From an uncultured Acidobacteriota bacterium (lineage in GTDB: Bacteria; Acidobacteriota; Thermoanaerobaculia; Gp7-AA8), in the NCBI GenBank assembly GCA_963822445.1, contig CAWGHO010000003.1, forward strand, positions 1,024,001 through 1,088,000: a stretch of DNA of 64,000 nt. The letters are read 5' to 3'. A model generated the notes under the pieces. That model was not told the DNA's origin, did not search any database, and worked only from the letters and a program-made list of their open reading frames with translations. This document shows, piece after piece, positions 1 to 9,934 of this stretch. The first letter of the stretch is position 1; each line of letters opens with the position of its first letter. The position numbers were made by a program, and so were the translations under genes.

Positions 1-398
1 CGCTCGACCGGAAGGCCGGCGTCAAGCGGATCTGGATTCCGCTCCTCGGCCTCGCGCGGTTTGCCGTGCGCGTCATTCAGCCCGAGGGGGTGAATGATTT
101 TCAGCTCGCGACGTTCACGGGAACCGAGAGCGTCGATCCGCGCGACCTGCAGCAGATGATGCGCGAGAAGCTCGGCCAGGGCTTCCAGCCGCTGGTCCAG
201 GTCTGGTCGCGGAAGTCGGGCAAGAAAGAGTTCAGCTTCATCTACGCCAGGCCGCGTCCGAACCGCGAGGACATCGAGATCGTGATCCTCGCGCACGACG
301 ACGAGGACACCGTGCTCGTGCGCGTCAACGTCGATGCGAACGTGCTCGCGCGGCAACTCAACGAGCCGCGAAGTGTGAGGCGCATGGCGCACCGCTGA
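1..398 (+). CDS. Hypothetical protein, 5'-truncated by window edge
   Basis: Frame of ORF 66..398 stays open back to position 3 (LDRKAGVKRIWIPLLGLARFAV...); typical high-GC codon usage. Confidence 0.7.
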   Translation, partial: LDRKAGVKRIWIPLLGLARFAVRVIQPEGVNDFQLATFTGTESVDPRDLQQMMREKLGQGFQPLVQVWSRKSGKKEFSFIYARPRPNREDIEIVILAHDDEDTVLVRVNVDANVLARQLNEPRSVRRMAHR

Positions 399-443
399 GA
401 CAGCGCCGCGAGGGAGCGGCGGTGTAGAATGCTCGCTCCCCAA

Positions 444-1616
444 ATGGCCCGCTACGAAGCACGAGAAGACTCGCACGATCTCCTCAATCAGTACCTGCAG
501 GAAATCGCCAGAATCCCTCGTCTCACGCCCGAGCGTGAAAAGGAGCTGGGCCGCCGTGTGCAGGAAAACGACAAGGCCGCGCTCGAGGAACTGGTCAAGT
601 CGAATCTACGATTCGTAGTGTCGTACGCGAAGCGGTACCGCAACGCGAACGTTCTCTTCCTCGACCTGATCAACGAAGGCAACATCGGCCTCATCCACGC
701 CGCGAAGAAGTACGACCCCGACAAGAACGTGAAGTTCATCACGTACGCGGTCTGGTGGATCCGGCAGGCCATTCTCCACGCGCTTTCCGAGCAGGCCGGT
801 GCGTTCCGGCTGCCGCCCAAGCGCGCCAACCTGATGTACCGCTTGGAGAAGGCGATCGCCACCGCGATGAGCGAGGGCAATCACATCCCCACCCCTGACG
901 AGCTCGCGCTCAACCTCGGCGTCACGGTCAAGGAAGTGAACACGCTTCTGCAGGCCAACGCCGACAACTTCTCACTCAACGCGGAGCTCGACGACGAGTC
1001 GCACACGGAGCTCGGCGACGTAATCGAGCAGACGACCATCCCTTCGGCCGAGGACGAGATGCAGTCGCAGTCGCGGCGCGAGGAGCTGCTCGCGCACATG
1101 TCCGAGCTCTCGCCGAAAGAGCGGCTCGTCCTCACCCTCCGGCACGGTGTGAGCGACAACGTACCGAAGAGCGTCAGTGAGCTGGCCTCGTTCCTCAACC
1201 GCGATGTCGAGAACGTGAAGTCCATCCTCGAAAGCGCGAAGACGAAGGTCTGCGATCAGTTGCAGATCACCGAAGGGGAGCTCGCGGTGCTGCTGCTGTA
1301 CACGAACCCGAACCCGAAGGCCTGGTTCCGCTTCTGGTACGAGCTCAACGACCGCCGCGACGGCGTGAGCCCGGACGTGCCGAAAGAGCGCCTGCCGTTC
1401 CTCCAGAACCTCAAGCAGCACGGCGCTGTGCAGCAGTCGATCGACGCGCTGTCGCTGGAAGAGAAGACGATCGTCAAGCTGCGCTACGGCGTGCTTCAGG
1501 ACGACGAACTGACCCTGCGCGACATCGGCGAGATCCTCGGCTTGTCCCGCGAGCGCGTGCGGCAGATCGAGTCTCGGGCCGAGGCGAAGTGCCGGCGAAG
1601 CGTTCGGCGGAGTTGA
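444..1616 (+). CDS. Sigma-70 family RNA polymerase sigma factor (RpoD/RpoS-like) with an extra region-4-like insertion
   Basis: Region 1.2 LNQYLQEIARIPRLT; region 2 NLRFVVSYAKRY, DLINEGNIGL, KFITYAVWWIRQAI; region 4.2 TLRDIGEILGLSRERVRQIE. Start is 444 or 429. Confidence 0.92.
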   Translation: MARYEAREDSHDLLNQYLQEIARIPRLTPEREKELGRRVQENDKAALEELVKSNLRFVVSYAKRYRNANVLFLDLINEGNIGLIHAAKKYDPDKNVKFITYAVWWIRQAILHALSEQAGAFRLPPKRANLMYRLEKAIATAMSEGNHIPTPDELALNLGVTVKEVNTLLQANADNFSLNAELDDESHTELGDVIEQTTIPSAEDEMQSQSRREELLAHMSELSPKERLVLTLRHGVSDNVPKSVSELASFLNRDVENVKSILESAKTKVCDQLQITEGELAVLLLYTNPNPKAWFRFWYELNDRRDGVSPDVPKERLPFLQNLKQHGAVQQSIDALSLEEKTIVKLRYGVLQDDELTLRDIGEILGLSRERVRQIESRAEAKCRRSVRRS

Positions 1617-1632
1617 TCTAAACTTCCCCTCG

Positions 1633-1892
1633 ATGTCCGACCCCGCCAACCCACCCATGGGCCGCCTCGACGCCTTCGACGTCGGGCCTCGAAAGCTCAC
1701 CGTGCAGACCGAGTTCTTTCCCCGCCCGTCCTGGCGCATCGAGACCAAGGTCTACCTCGGCGGGGAGCTGAAGAAGGTCTACACCCAGGACGTTTCCGAA
1801 TCGGCCGAGCCGGAGCTGCAGAAGATCACCAACGAGTTTCATCAGGCGAAGATCGACGAGATCATGGAAGGCCTGCGCGCGCGGAAGCAGCA

Positions 1893-1896
<4 letters not shown>
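1633..1896 (+). CDS. Hypothetical protein (87 aa)
   Basis: Fills the gap; ATGA overlap with the next gene. Confidence 0.75.
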
Positions 1897-2776
<880 letters not shown>

Positions 2777-2780
<4 letters not shown>

Positions 2781-3466
2781 GCTGGGTCGTTTACTCCGAG
2801 ACCGTGCGGCGGCATCTGACCAGCACCGCGTACTGGTCGCTGATCGCGCTGACGGCAATCGTAGCCTTCGGGACGGCGCGCTTCGACAGTCCCGGTGCGG
2901 CCTGGCCGCCGCTCATCACGCTGCTGGCGATCATCGCCGGTTGCGCGCCGATCGGACCGGAGTTCTCGTCGGGCACGCTTCAGTTGATTCTCGTCAAGCC
3001 GGTGAATCGCTCCGCGTATCTGCTGTCGCGAGTCGCGGGCGTGGTCACGGCCGTCTGGCTTGCGGGGATCGTCGCCGCCGTCGCGGAGCTCCTCGGCCGC
3101 GCAGTCATGGACAAGCCCATTCACGCGAACATCCTCGGCACGACCCTGCTGAACGTCGCGATCTCCTCGGTGCTGGTCGTCTCGCTGCTGGTCTTCTTCG
3201 GCAGTTTCACCCGCGCTTACTTCAACGTCGCGATCTATGTCGGGATGCAGATCGTTCTCGGGATCGTCATGGCCCTGGTCGCCATGGGGAGGCGCTTTCC
3301 CACCGTGTCACGCGCTCTCCAGCAGGTGATGAACAACTTCTTTCCCGAAGAGCCTCGCGCGCTCGATACGCCGTGGCTGCTGATGGTCCTCTCCAACGCT
3401 GCCGTCGCGCTGGCGTTGGCCTGCTTGATCTTCCGCCGGCGGGAGGTGCCGTATGGCGGCGATTGA
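2777..3466 (+). CDS. ABC-2 transporter permease
   Basis: GTG at 2777 overlaps the upstream TGA; multiple TM segments; EFSSGTLQLILVKPVNRSAYLLSR motif. The ORF-track extension to 2330 overlaps the ATPase. Confidence 0.88.
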
Positions 3467-3935
3467 GCTCTTCGATCGCCGCAGCCAGCGCTCGGTGCCG
3501 ATCGCGATCTTGCTGATCGCCATCGCGTTGCTCATCGCGCGGTTCGCGTACGCGCCGAAACAAAACGGCACGCGCGACCTCGTCCGCTGGGTCAATCCCG
3601 GCGAAGCGGTTGCGCTGGCACGATCGACCGGGAAACCGATCCTCTACGACTTCACCGCCGAGTGGTGCGACCCCTGTCATGTGCTCGATGCCGAAGTTTT
3701 CGGCGATGACGTTGCGGCGCGGGAGATCAACGAGCGATTCATCCCCGTGCGCATCACCGACCGGCAACAGGAAGACGGCCGGAACGCGCCGGAGGTCGAC
3801 GCGCTCGAGAAGCGGTATTTCGTCCGAGGCTTTCCGACGGTTGTCTTCGTCAACGCGAACGGCAGCGAAGTCGGTCGCATGGAAGGCTATAAGGGACGCG
3901 AGGAACTGCTGCGGATCATGGAGCGCGTTCGCTGA
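3453..3935 (+). CDS. Membrane-anchored thioredoxin-family protein
   Basis: N-terminal TM, FTAEWCDPC active site, cis-Pro loop GFPT. Confidence 0.9.
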   Translation: MAAIELFDRRSQRSVPIAILLIAIALLIARFAYAPKQNGTRDLVRWVNPGEAVALARSTGKPILYDFTAEWCDPCHVLDAEVFGDDVAAREINERFIPVRITDRQQEDGRNAPEVDALEKRYFVRGFPTVVFVNANGSEVGRMEGYKGREELLRIMERVR

Positions 3936-4321
3936 TGCGACTCGAGCATCTTTCGATCGATGAAGAGGACCACTGGCGCGGTGAGTTCGCCCAGGAGAAC
4001 TGGATCTTCGGCAGCCTCAGTCTGAGCGTGACCCTGCCCGAATTCGCGGGCGGCACTCCTGCTCTGAGGGAGATGCACTTCGGGTACTACCTCCAGCCGC
4101 TGCACCTGAACGTCGACGATCGCGAAGACCTCCCGCGCAAGCTTCTGTACGTGCTGGCGCGCCGGCGCCCGCCGCTCGATTTTCTCGAGCTCGTCGGCGC
4201 CGGCGTACGCATCCCGCACTGTTTTCCTACAGGCTTCACCCTCGGATCGGTGTTGCGGATTACGTTGCAGGAACTGCGGAAATTGCCGTTGCGTGAAGCA
4301 CTACAATCGCCGTCCGAATGA
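3935..4321 (+). CDS. Hypothetical protein (128 aa)
   Basis: Coupled to both neighbours (TGATG and ATGA overlaps). Confidence 0.6.
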   Translation: MRLEHLSIDEEDHWRGEFAQENWIFGSLSLSVTLPEFAGGTPALREMHFGYYLQPLHLNVDDREDLPRKLLYVLARRRPPLDFLELVGAGVRIPHCFPTGFTLGSVLRITLQELRKLPLREALQSPSE

Positions 4322-6051
4322 CGCCGTTCCGCCGCCTCCTTCATTACTTTGCCCTCTATAAAAAGCGTCTGACCCTGGGCGCGCTTTGCGTCGTCGGCTC
4401 GGCGGGCTTCTCGCTCCTCAAGCCGATGATCATCGGCCGCGCGGTGAACCGGCTGACCACTGAGTTCACGCGCGAGGACCTCGTCCGCTACAGCCTGATG
4501 CTCATCGGCGCGTCGATGGTCGAGGGCCTTTTTCTGTACCTGCAGCGGTCGATCATCATCGGCGCATCGCGCCGCATGGAGTACGACATGCGGAACGACT
4601 TCTACCTGCATCTGCAGCGTCTTCCGCTCAGTTTCTATCAGGAGCAACGCACGGGCGACCTGATGTCGCGTGCAACCAACGACCTCGCTTCCGTGCGCAT
4701 GCTCATCGGTCCGGCGACGATGCATTCGCTATCGTCACTGCTGGTCGTCGTTGGCTCGTTCGTGATGATGCTGCAGATCGACGTGGGCATGGCGCTGATG
4801 GCCCTGGTCGCCGTTCCGATCGTGGCCGGCCTGGTGCAGTTCTTCGGGCAGCGCATTCACAACCGGTTCAAAGCGGTGCAGGACTACTTCGGCGACATCT
4901 CCGCCCGCGTTCAGGAGAACCTTGCCGGCGTTCGCGTCGTGCGCGCGTTCACGCGCGAGCACAACGAGATCGAGACGTTCAAACGCCTCAATCACGAGTA
5001 CGTCGAGAAGAACCGCCGTCTGATTCGTCTCACCGCGACGTTCTATCCGATGCTGCACGCGCTGATCGGCGTGATGTTCGTGATCGTCTTCTATTTCGGC
5101 AGCCACAAGATCGTCGCCGGCACGATGACCCTCGGCGCATTCGTGGCCTTCCAGTTCTACCTCGGCCGCATGATCTGGCCGCTGATCGCGCTCGGCTGGG
5201 TGATCAATCTCATCCAGCGCGGAATGGCCTCGATGAAACGGCTGCACGAGATCTGGGTCGTCGAGCCGAACGTCGACGCGCGTGATTCCGTGGAGATGCA
5301 GCCGAAGGGGAACCTCGAGATTCGCGATCTCACGTTTTCGTACGGCGCGCGCGACGTGCTCCGCAACATCAACCTCGACGTTCGCCACGGCGAGACGATC
5401 GGCATCGTGGGCCGCACTGGAAGCGGGAAATCGACGCTGCTCGCGTTGATCACCCGTTCCTTCGAGCCGCCGCCGGACACGATTTTTCTCGATGGCCGGC
5501 CGATCGAGACCATCCCGCTGAAACAACTGCGCGAATGGATCGGCATGGTGCCGCAGGAAACGTTTCTCTTCTCGGAGTCGATCGCGGAGAACATCCGCTT
5601 CGGCCGTGCCGAGGCCGCGGATGCGGAGGTTGCCGCGTCGGCGGATCAGGCCGGTCTCACCGGCGACGTCACCGTCTTCCCGCAAGGTCTCGAGACAGTC
5701 ATCGGCGAGCGCGGCATCACCCTTTCCGGCGGCCAGAAACAGCGGACGGCGATCGCCCGCGCGCTCGTCCGCGATCCGCTGATCCTCATCCTCGACGACT
5801 CGCTGAGCGCGGTCGACACGCAGACCGAGGATCGGATCCTCGAGGCGCTGCGGAGCATTCGGAAGGGGAGGACAGTGCTGATCGTGTCCCATCGCGCGTC
5901 GTCGGTGAAAGACGCCGACCACATCGTCGTCCTCGAGGAAGGGGCGATCGTCGAGCGCGGATCGCACGAGCAGCTCATCGACCGCGGCGGCTACTACGCC
6001 GATCTGTACCGGCGGCAGACGATCGAAGCGGAGCTGGAGGAGATCGCGTGA
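4318..6051 (+). CDS. ABC exporter half-transporter, MdlA/YheI-like (degenerate site)
   Basis: TM domain plus GRTGSGKST, LSGGQKQR, Walker B ILILDDSLSAVD (Asp in place of catalytic Glu). Confidence 0.93.
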   Translation: MTPFRRLLHYFALYKKRLTLGALCVVGSAGFSLLKPMIIGRAVNRLTTEFTREDLVRYSLMLIGASMVEGLFLYLQRSIIIGASRRMEYDMRNDFYLHLQRLPLSFYQEQRTGDLMSRATNDLASVRMLIGPATMHSLSSLLVVVGSFVMMLQIDVGMALMALVAVPIVAGLVQFFGQRIHNRFKAVQDYFGDISARVQENLAGVRVVRAFTREHNEIETFKRLNHEYVEKNRRLIRLTATFYPMLHALIGVMFVIVFYFGSHKIVAGTMTLGAFVAFQFYLGRMIWPLIALGWVINLIQRGMASMKRLHEIWVVEPNVDARDSVEMQPKGNLEIRDLTFSYGARDVLRNINLDVRHGETIGIVGRTGSGKSTLLALITRSFEPPPDTIFLDGRPIETIPLKQLREWIGMVPQETFLFSESIAENIRFGRAEAADAEVAASADQAGLTGDVTVFPQGLETVIGERGITLSGGQKQRTAIARALVRDPLILILDDSLSAVDTQTEDRILEALRSIRKGRTVLIVSHRASSVKDADHIVVLEEGAIVERGSHEQLIDRGGYYADLYRRQTIEAELEEIA

Positions 6052-6061
6052 GTGTCTTCAG

Positions 6062-6169
6062 TTTATCCCGCGCGAAGACGCGGGATCTCCCGGTGCACGA
6101 ACGACGATCTTCCATCGGAACGGCTCGTCGCGGTGCACGGAGAGATCCCGCGTCTGCGCGCGGGATAAA
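6062..6169. repeat. REP/MITE-like palindromic element with 37-bp inverted arms
   Basis: 6062-6098 tttatcccgcgcgaagacgcgggatctcccggtgcac pairs with 6133-6169 (3 mismatches). Confidence 0.85.
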
Positions 6170-6193
6170 GTCGAAAGGCGCAGGAGAAATCGC

Positions 6194-8050
6194 GTGAGCG
6201 AAGGCGCAATCATCGAAAGACATGAGGACGAAGGCGCGAAAGCCTTCGATCCGCATCTCACCCGGCGCCTGCTCCGTTATCTGAAACCGTATCGCTTCCG
6301 CGCCGGGCTCTCCGTCTTTCTGGTCATTCTCTCGTCGCTGTTCGAGATCGCCGGACCGGCGATCACGGCCATCGCGATCGATCTCTACGTGAAACCGATC
6401 GAAGGATCGACGCCGATCGGCGTGAGCGCGCGAATCGGGGAGTGGCTCGCGGCGAACGGCTTCGTGTTCGACTCGCACACGGGTATCACCATCGCCGCGG
6501 GTCTGTACCTGTTCGCACTCGCCGGTGGATTCGCCGTGCTCTACACGCAGATGGTGCTGATGAATCTGACGGGGCAGTACATCATGTACGACCTCCGCAA
6601 GCAGATCTTCGGTCACCTGCAGAAGCTCGACATTCAGTTCTTCGATCGCAACCCGGTGGGCCGGCTGATGACGCGCGTGACGACGGACGTCGACGCGCTG
6701 AACGATCTCTTCACCGCCGGATTCGTGGCCATCTTCGGCGACATCTTCGTGCTGGTCGGCATCGTCGGCGTGCTGTTCTGGATGAACTGGCGGATGGCGC
6801 TGGTGCTCTTCTCCATCACCCCGTTCATCATCCTGGTGTCGATCTGGTTCCGCCGCGGCGCGCGCAAGACGTATCGGCAGGTCCGCGCGCGCATCGCCGC
6901 GATCAACGCTTTCCTGCAGGAGCACATCTCCGGCATGTCGACGGTCCAGCTCTTCAACCGCGAGGAGAAGGAAGCGGAGAAATTCGAAGGGCTGAACGCC
7001 CGCCACCGCGACGCGAACATCGACTCGATCTTCTACTACGCCGTGTTCTATCCGGCGATCGAGCTGATCGAGACGATCGGCCTAGCGCTCATCGTCTGGT
7101 ACGGCGGCGGGAAGGTCATTCAGGGAACGCTGTCGGTCGGAGCGCTGATCGCCTTCTTCCAGTACTCGCAGCGTTTCTATCAGCCGATCTCCGACCTCTC
7201 CGAAAAGTACAACATCCTCCAGGCGGCCATGGCGGCCAGCGAGCGGATCTTCAAGCTGATCGACACGCCGGTGAAGATTCAGGACGAGGGGACGCTGGAG
7301 GTCGCGCATCTGGAGTCGATCGAGTTCCGCAACGTCTGGTTCGCGTATCACGAGCCCGAATGGGTGCTGAAGGATGTGTCGTTTCGCGTCGAGAACGGCG
7401 AGCGCGTGGCGCTGGTCGGCCATACCGGCGCCGGGAAAACGACGGTGACCTCGCTGCTCCTCCGGTTCTACGAGCCGCAGCGCGGGTCGATCCTCGTGAA
7501 CGGCGTGGAGATCGGCAAGTACCGGATCGAGTCGCTGCGGCGCCTGTTCGCGATCGTGCAGCAGGACTTTTTCCTCTTCACCGGCAACATCGCCGAGAAC
7601 ATCTCCCTCGGCGACCCGGACATCTCCGACGACCGCATCCGCACCGCCGCCGCGCGGGTGCAGGCGGACCGGTTCATCACCCGGCTGCCCGAGGGTTACG
7701 CGGCGCAGGTGCGCGAGCGGGGCGCCGGACTCTCCGTGGGGGAGAAACAGTTGCTTTCCTTCGCGAGAGCGCTCGCCTTCAACCCGCCGGTCCTGATCCT
7801 GGACGAGGCCACCTCGTCGATCGACACGGAGACCGAATTGCTGATCCAGGAGGCCATCCGCACGCTTCTGGAGGGGCGGACGTCGATCGTCATCGCTCAC
7901 CGCCTCTCGACCATCCGCTCGGCGGACACGATTCTCGTCTTCCACCATGGGGAGATCCGGGAGCGGGGGACGCATGACGAACTGATGCAGATCAGCGGGT
8001 TGTACCGGCGGCTGTATGAGATTCAGTACCGGGAGGCGGCGGTGGCGTGA
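6194..8050 (+). CDS. ABC exporter half-transporter, MdlB/YheH-like
   Basis: TM domain plus GHTGAGKTT, LSVGEKQL, LILDEATSSID, IAHRLSTI. Confidence 0.93.
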   Translation: MSEGAIIERHEDEGAKAFDPHLTRRLLRYLKPYRFRAGLSVFLVILSSLFEIAGPAITAIAIDLYVKPIEGSTPIGVSARIGEWLAANGFVFDSHTGITIAAGLYLFALAGGFAVLYTQMVLMNLTGQYIMYDLRKQIFGHLQKLDIQFFDRNPVGRLMTRVTTDVDALNDLFTAGFVAIFGDIFVLVGIVGVLFWMNWRMALVLFSITPFIILVSIWFRRGARKTYRQVRARIAAINAFLQEHISGMSTVQLFNREEKEAEKFEGLNARHRDANIDSIFYYAVFYPAIELIETIGLALIVWYGGGKVIQGTLSVGALIAFFQYSQRFYQPISDLSEKYNILQAAMAASERIFKLIDTPVKIQDEGTLEVAHLESIEFRNVWFAYHEPEWVLKDVSFRVENGERVALVGHTGAGKTTVTSLLLRFYEPQRGSILVNGVEIGKYRIESLRRLFAIVQQDFFLFTGNIAENISLGDPDISDDRIRTAAARVQADRFITRLPEGYAAQVRERGAGLSVGEKQLLSFARALAFNPPVLILDEATSSIDTETELLIQEAIRTLLEGRTSIVIAHRLSTIRSADTILVFHHGEIRERGTHDELMQISGLYRRLYEIQYREAAVA

Positions 8051-8072
8051 ATTGTGACGAAACCCGCGTTAT

Positions 8073-8101
8073 TTGACTTCCGTACGGACTGGGCCTAAGG
8101 T
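8073..8101 (+). promoter_or_regulatory. Putative sigma-70 promoter
   Basis: TTGACT-17 nt-TAAGGT upstream of the 8154 ORF, which has a GGAGG RBS. Confidence 0.5.
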
Positions 8102-8153
8102 TGGCAAATCCAAGATAAGTGATGGATAGAATCCGTGAAGGGAGGGGAGGCGA

Positions 8154-8369
8154 GTGACCGTCAGGTTCTTCCCCGGAAGTCAAAGACACAAAACGAGTTT
8201 GATCGCAGGGTTTCTCAGGCAGTTCCGCGTTGACCACGAGATGGTCCGCCCCGAGGACTACACGAAGCACGTGCACAACCTCGGATCAGATCCAGCAGTA
8301 GAAGTGGATGGCCGCCTGTTCGTCGATCCCAACGTCGACGCGCTGAAAAAAATCCTGAAAGTGAACTAA
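8154..8369 (+). CDS. Small glutaredoxin-like protein lacking CxxC
   Basis: Strong RBS; C-terminal half DPAVEVDGRLFVDPNVDALKKIL resembles the NrdH/glutaredoxin tail; no Cys. Confidence 0.7.
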   Translation: MTVRFFPGSQRHKTSLIAGFLRQFRVDHEMVRPEDYTKHVHNLGSDPAVEVDGRLFVDPNVDALKKILKVN

Positions 8370-8382
8370 GCCCCGGGCGGCG

Positions 8383-8682
8383 CTACGCCGTCCGGAACAT
8401 CTTCTGCGCTTCCTGCTCCACGGTCTGCTTGATCCGCCCCTCGAAGGGCTTGGCGAGCAACGGAAGCTTCCCGTGAATGATCAGCTCGGTATCGGTGACC
8501 TCCACCGTTCCCTCGACCGACAGTCCGCGGGCCTTTCCCCTGAAGCGCAGCGTGTCGCCGTCCCATTCGTGATGGAGATCGTCCGCGTGCTGGCTGAACT
8601 GGCCGAGTAGCTGGCCGAGGCGAAGCTCGATCTGCGAACGGGCCGCTGCTTTCGTGGTGCGGTGGGGAACGGTGATGTGCAT
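8383..8682 (-). CDS. Polyhydroxyalkanoic acid system family protein (PHA_gran_rgn-like)
   Basis: MHITVPH..., WDGDTLRF, GKLPLLAKPFEGRIK pattern; about 100 aa; GGAGG RBS. Confidence 0.8.
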   Translation of the reverse strand: MHITVPHRTTKAAARSQIELRLGQLLGQFSQHADDLHHEWDGDTLRFRGKARGLSVEGTVEVTDTELIIHGKLPLLAKPFEGRIKQTVEQEAQKMFRTA

Positions 8683-8723
8683 TGCTGCCCTCCGCGAATC
8701 GGATTGCGCGTCGCGTGCCGTCC

Positions 8724-9236
8724 CTAGCCGTCATGAACGTCGAGTCTCACCGGGTCGCCGGCACGGCACCCTTTGGTCGTGCAGTCGAGAAGCGGCACCC
8801 AGTAAAACGAAGCGCCCGGTCTGCCGCCGGAGGAGATGCGCACCGCTATGCCGTCGGTCGGGTTCCCGGCAACGCCGCGTTCGAGAATCGGGGAGACTTC
8901 AACAAGGACGCCTTCGACGTACGCTCCATTGCGAGGGGCGGCCACGGCGACGATGGAACATGCGACGTTTTTCGGAACATCGATCTCAGCAGGCTCGAAC
9001 CGCGCTCGCAATCCATCCTCGATCCGGCCGACTTCTTCGACTTCGGCTGCGGTGGCCGGGATGGACTTGTAATGAATCCATAGTGCCGGAATCGGCCAGA
9101 TGGGCTGGGTTTTCGAGACGAGAGAAACAGTCCGTGAATTCCGCAGTTCATCGATCGTGCAGATTTGCCTGAGAACGGCCTCCGCAGGCGATTGGGGAGT
9201 GCTCGCACATCCGAAAAGGAGTGCAGACAACCACAC
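8724..9236 (-). CDS. Putative lipoprotein, orphan (possible immunity protein)
   Basis: Lipobox-like LLFGC; lies downstream of the Rhs/Sel1 genes; start uncertain. Confidence 0.55.
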   Translation of the reverse strand: MWLSALLFGCASTPQSPAEAVLRQICTIDELRNSRTVSLVSKTQPIWPIPALWIHYKSIPATAAEVEEVGRIEDGLRARFEPAEIDVPKNVACSIVAVAAPRNGAYVEGVLVEVSPILERGVAGNPTDGIAVRISSGGRPGASFYWVPLLDCTTKGCRAGDPVRLDVHDG

Positions 9237-9283
9237 GGCGGAAACCGATATGCCTCGCAGGACGGACGCTCTGACAGCTGACG

Positions 9284-9934
9284 CTACCGCACCCTCTGTT
9301 CATTCAGAATGCCCTGGATGAGCTTACGTTGCTTCTGAAGTTGAGAAGCGAAGTAGGACTTCGGATGGACCGACGCCAGGGCCCGGTCCTGAAGCACGGT
9401 GCATTCTCGGCACTGCTGGATGTCGCGCTCGGCCGCGGCCCTGTCGCACAACCAGAGGATTGCGTCGACATCGCCTCCATGCGCCCCCTTGCGGAACCAG
9501 GATTCGGCGGTTTCCAGGTTTCTGGTGACGCCGGCGCCGTCGCGGTACAGCTTGCCCAGGGTCGACTGGGCGGTCGACGAGCCATGCTCCGCCGAGCGGT
9601 GCAGGTAGCCCATGGCCATTCGTTTTTGTTCGGGGTCGTCACTCCCATTCAACCTGTCGAACATGTGGAACTCGGCTCTCGCATCGCCCGCGTCCGCCGC
9701 CCGCCGCAGCCATGCCACGGCTTTCTCGGGTTGTTCTCCCTCGTCGAAGTAGATGTAGAGGCGCATCATCGCGGGCACGTTGCCATTGGCCGCGGCTCGC
9801 TCCAGCTCCCGGATCTGCTCATCGCCGAGATGCTCACCACAGCAGGTCTTCCTGATCATGAAGTAGGAAGCCGCTGCGATCAGCAAAGCCGCCGCGAAGA
9901 GCAGGCTAATCCCACGGAAGTGGACGTATCTCAT
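9284..9934 (-). CDS. Sel1-repeat protein with N-terminal TM (candidate Rhs immunity protein)
   Basis: KAVAWLRRAADAGDARA, AQSTLGKLYRDGAGVTRNLETAESWFRKGAHGG; overlaps the Rhs 3' end by 29 bp. Confidence 0.85.
   Translation of the reverse strand: MRYVHFRGISLLFAAALLIAAASYFMIRKTCCGEHLGDEQIRELERAAANGNVPAMMRLYIYFDEGEQPEKAVAWLRRAADAGDARAEFHMFDRLNGSDDPEQKRMAMGYLHRSAEHGSSTAQSTLGKLYRDGAGVTRNLETAESWFRKGAHGGDVDAILWLCDRAAAERDIQQCRECTVLQDRALASVHPKSYFASQLQKQRKLIQGILNEQRVR

Noticed and set aside
6062-6169. Autonomous IS element
   Set aside because: Only about 110 bp with no transposase; treated as a non-autonomous repeat
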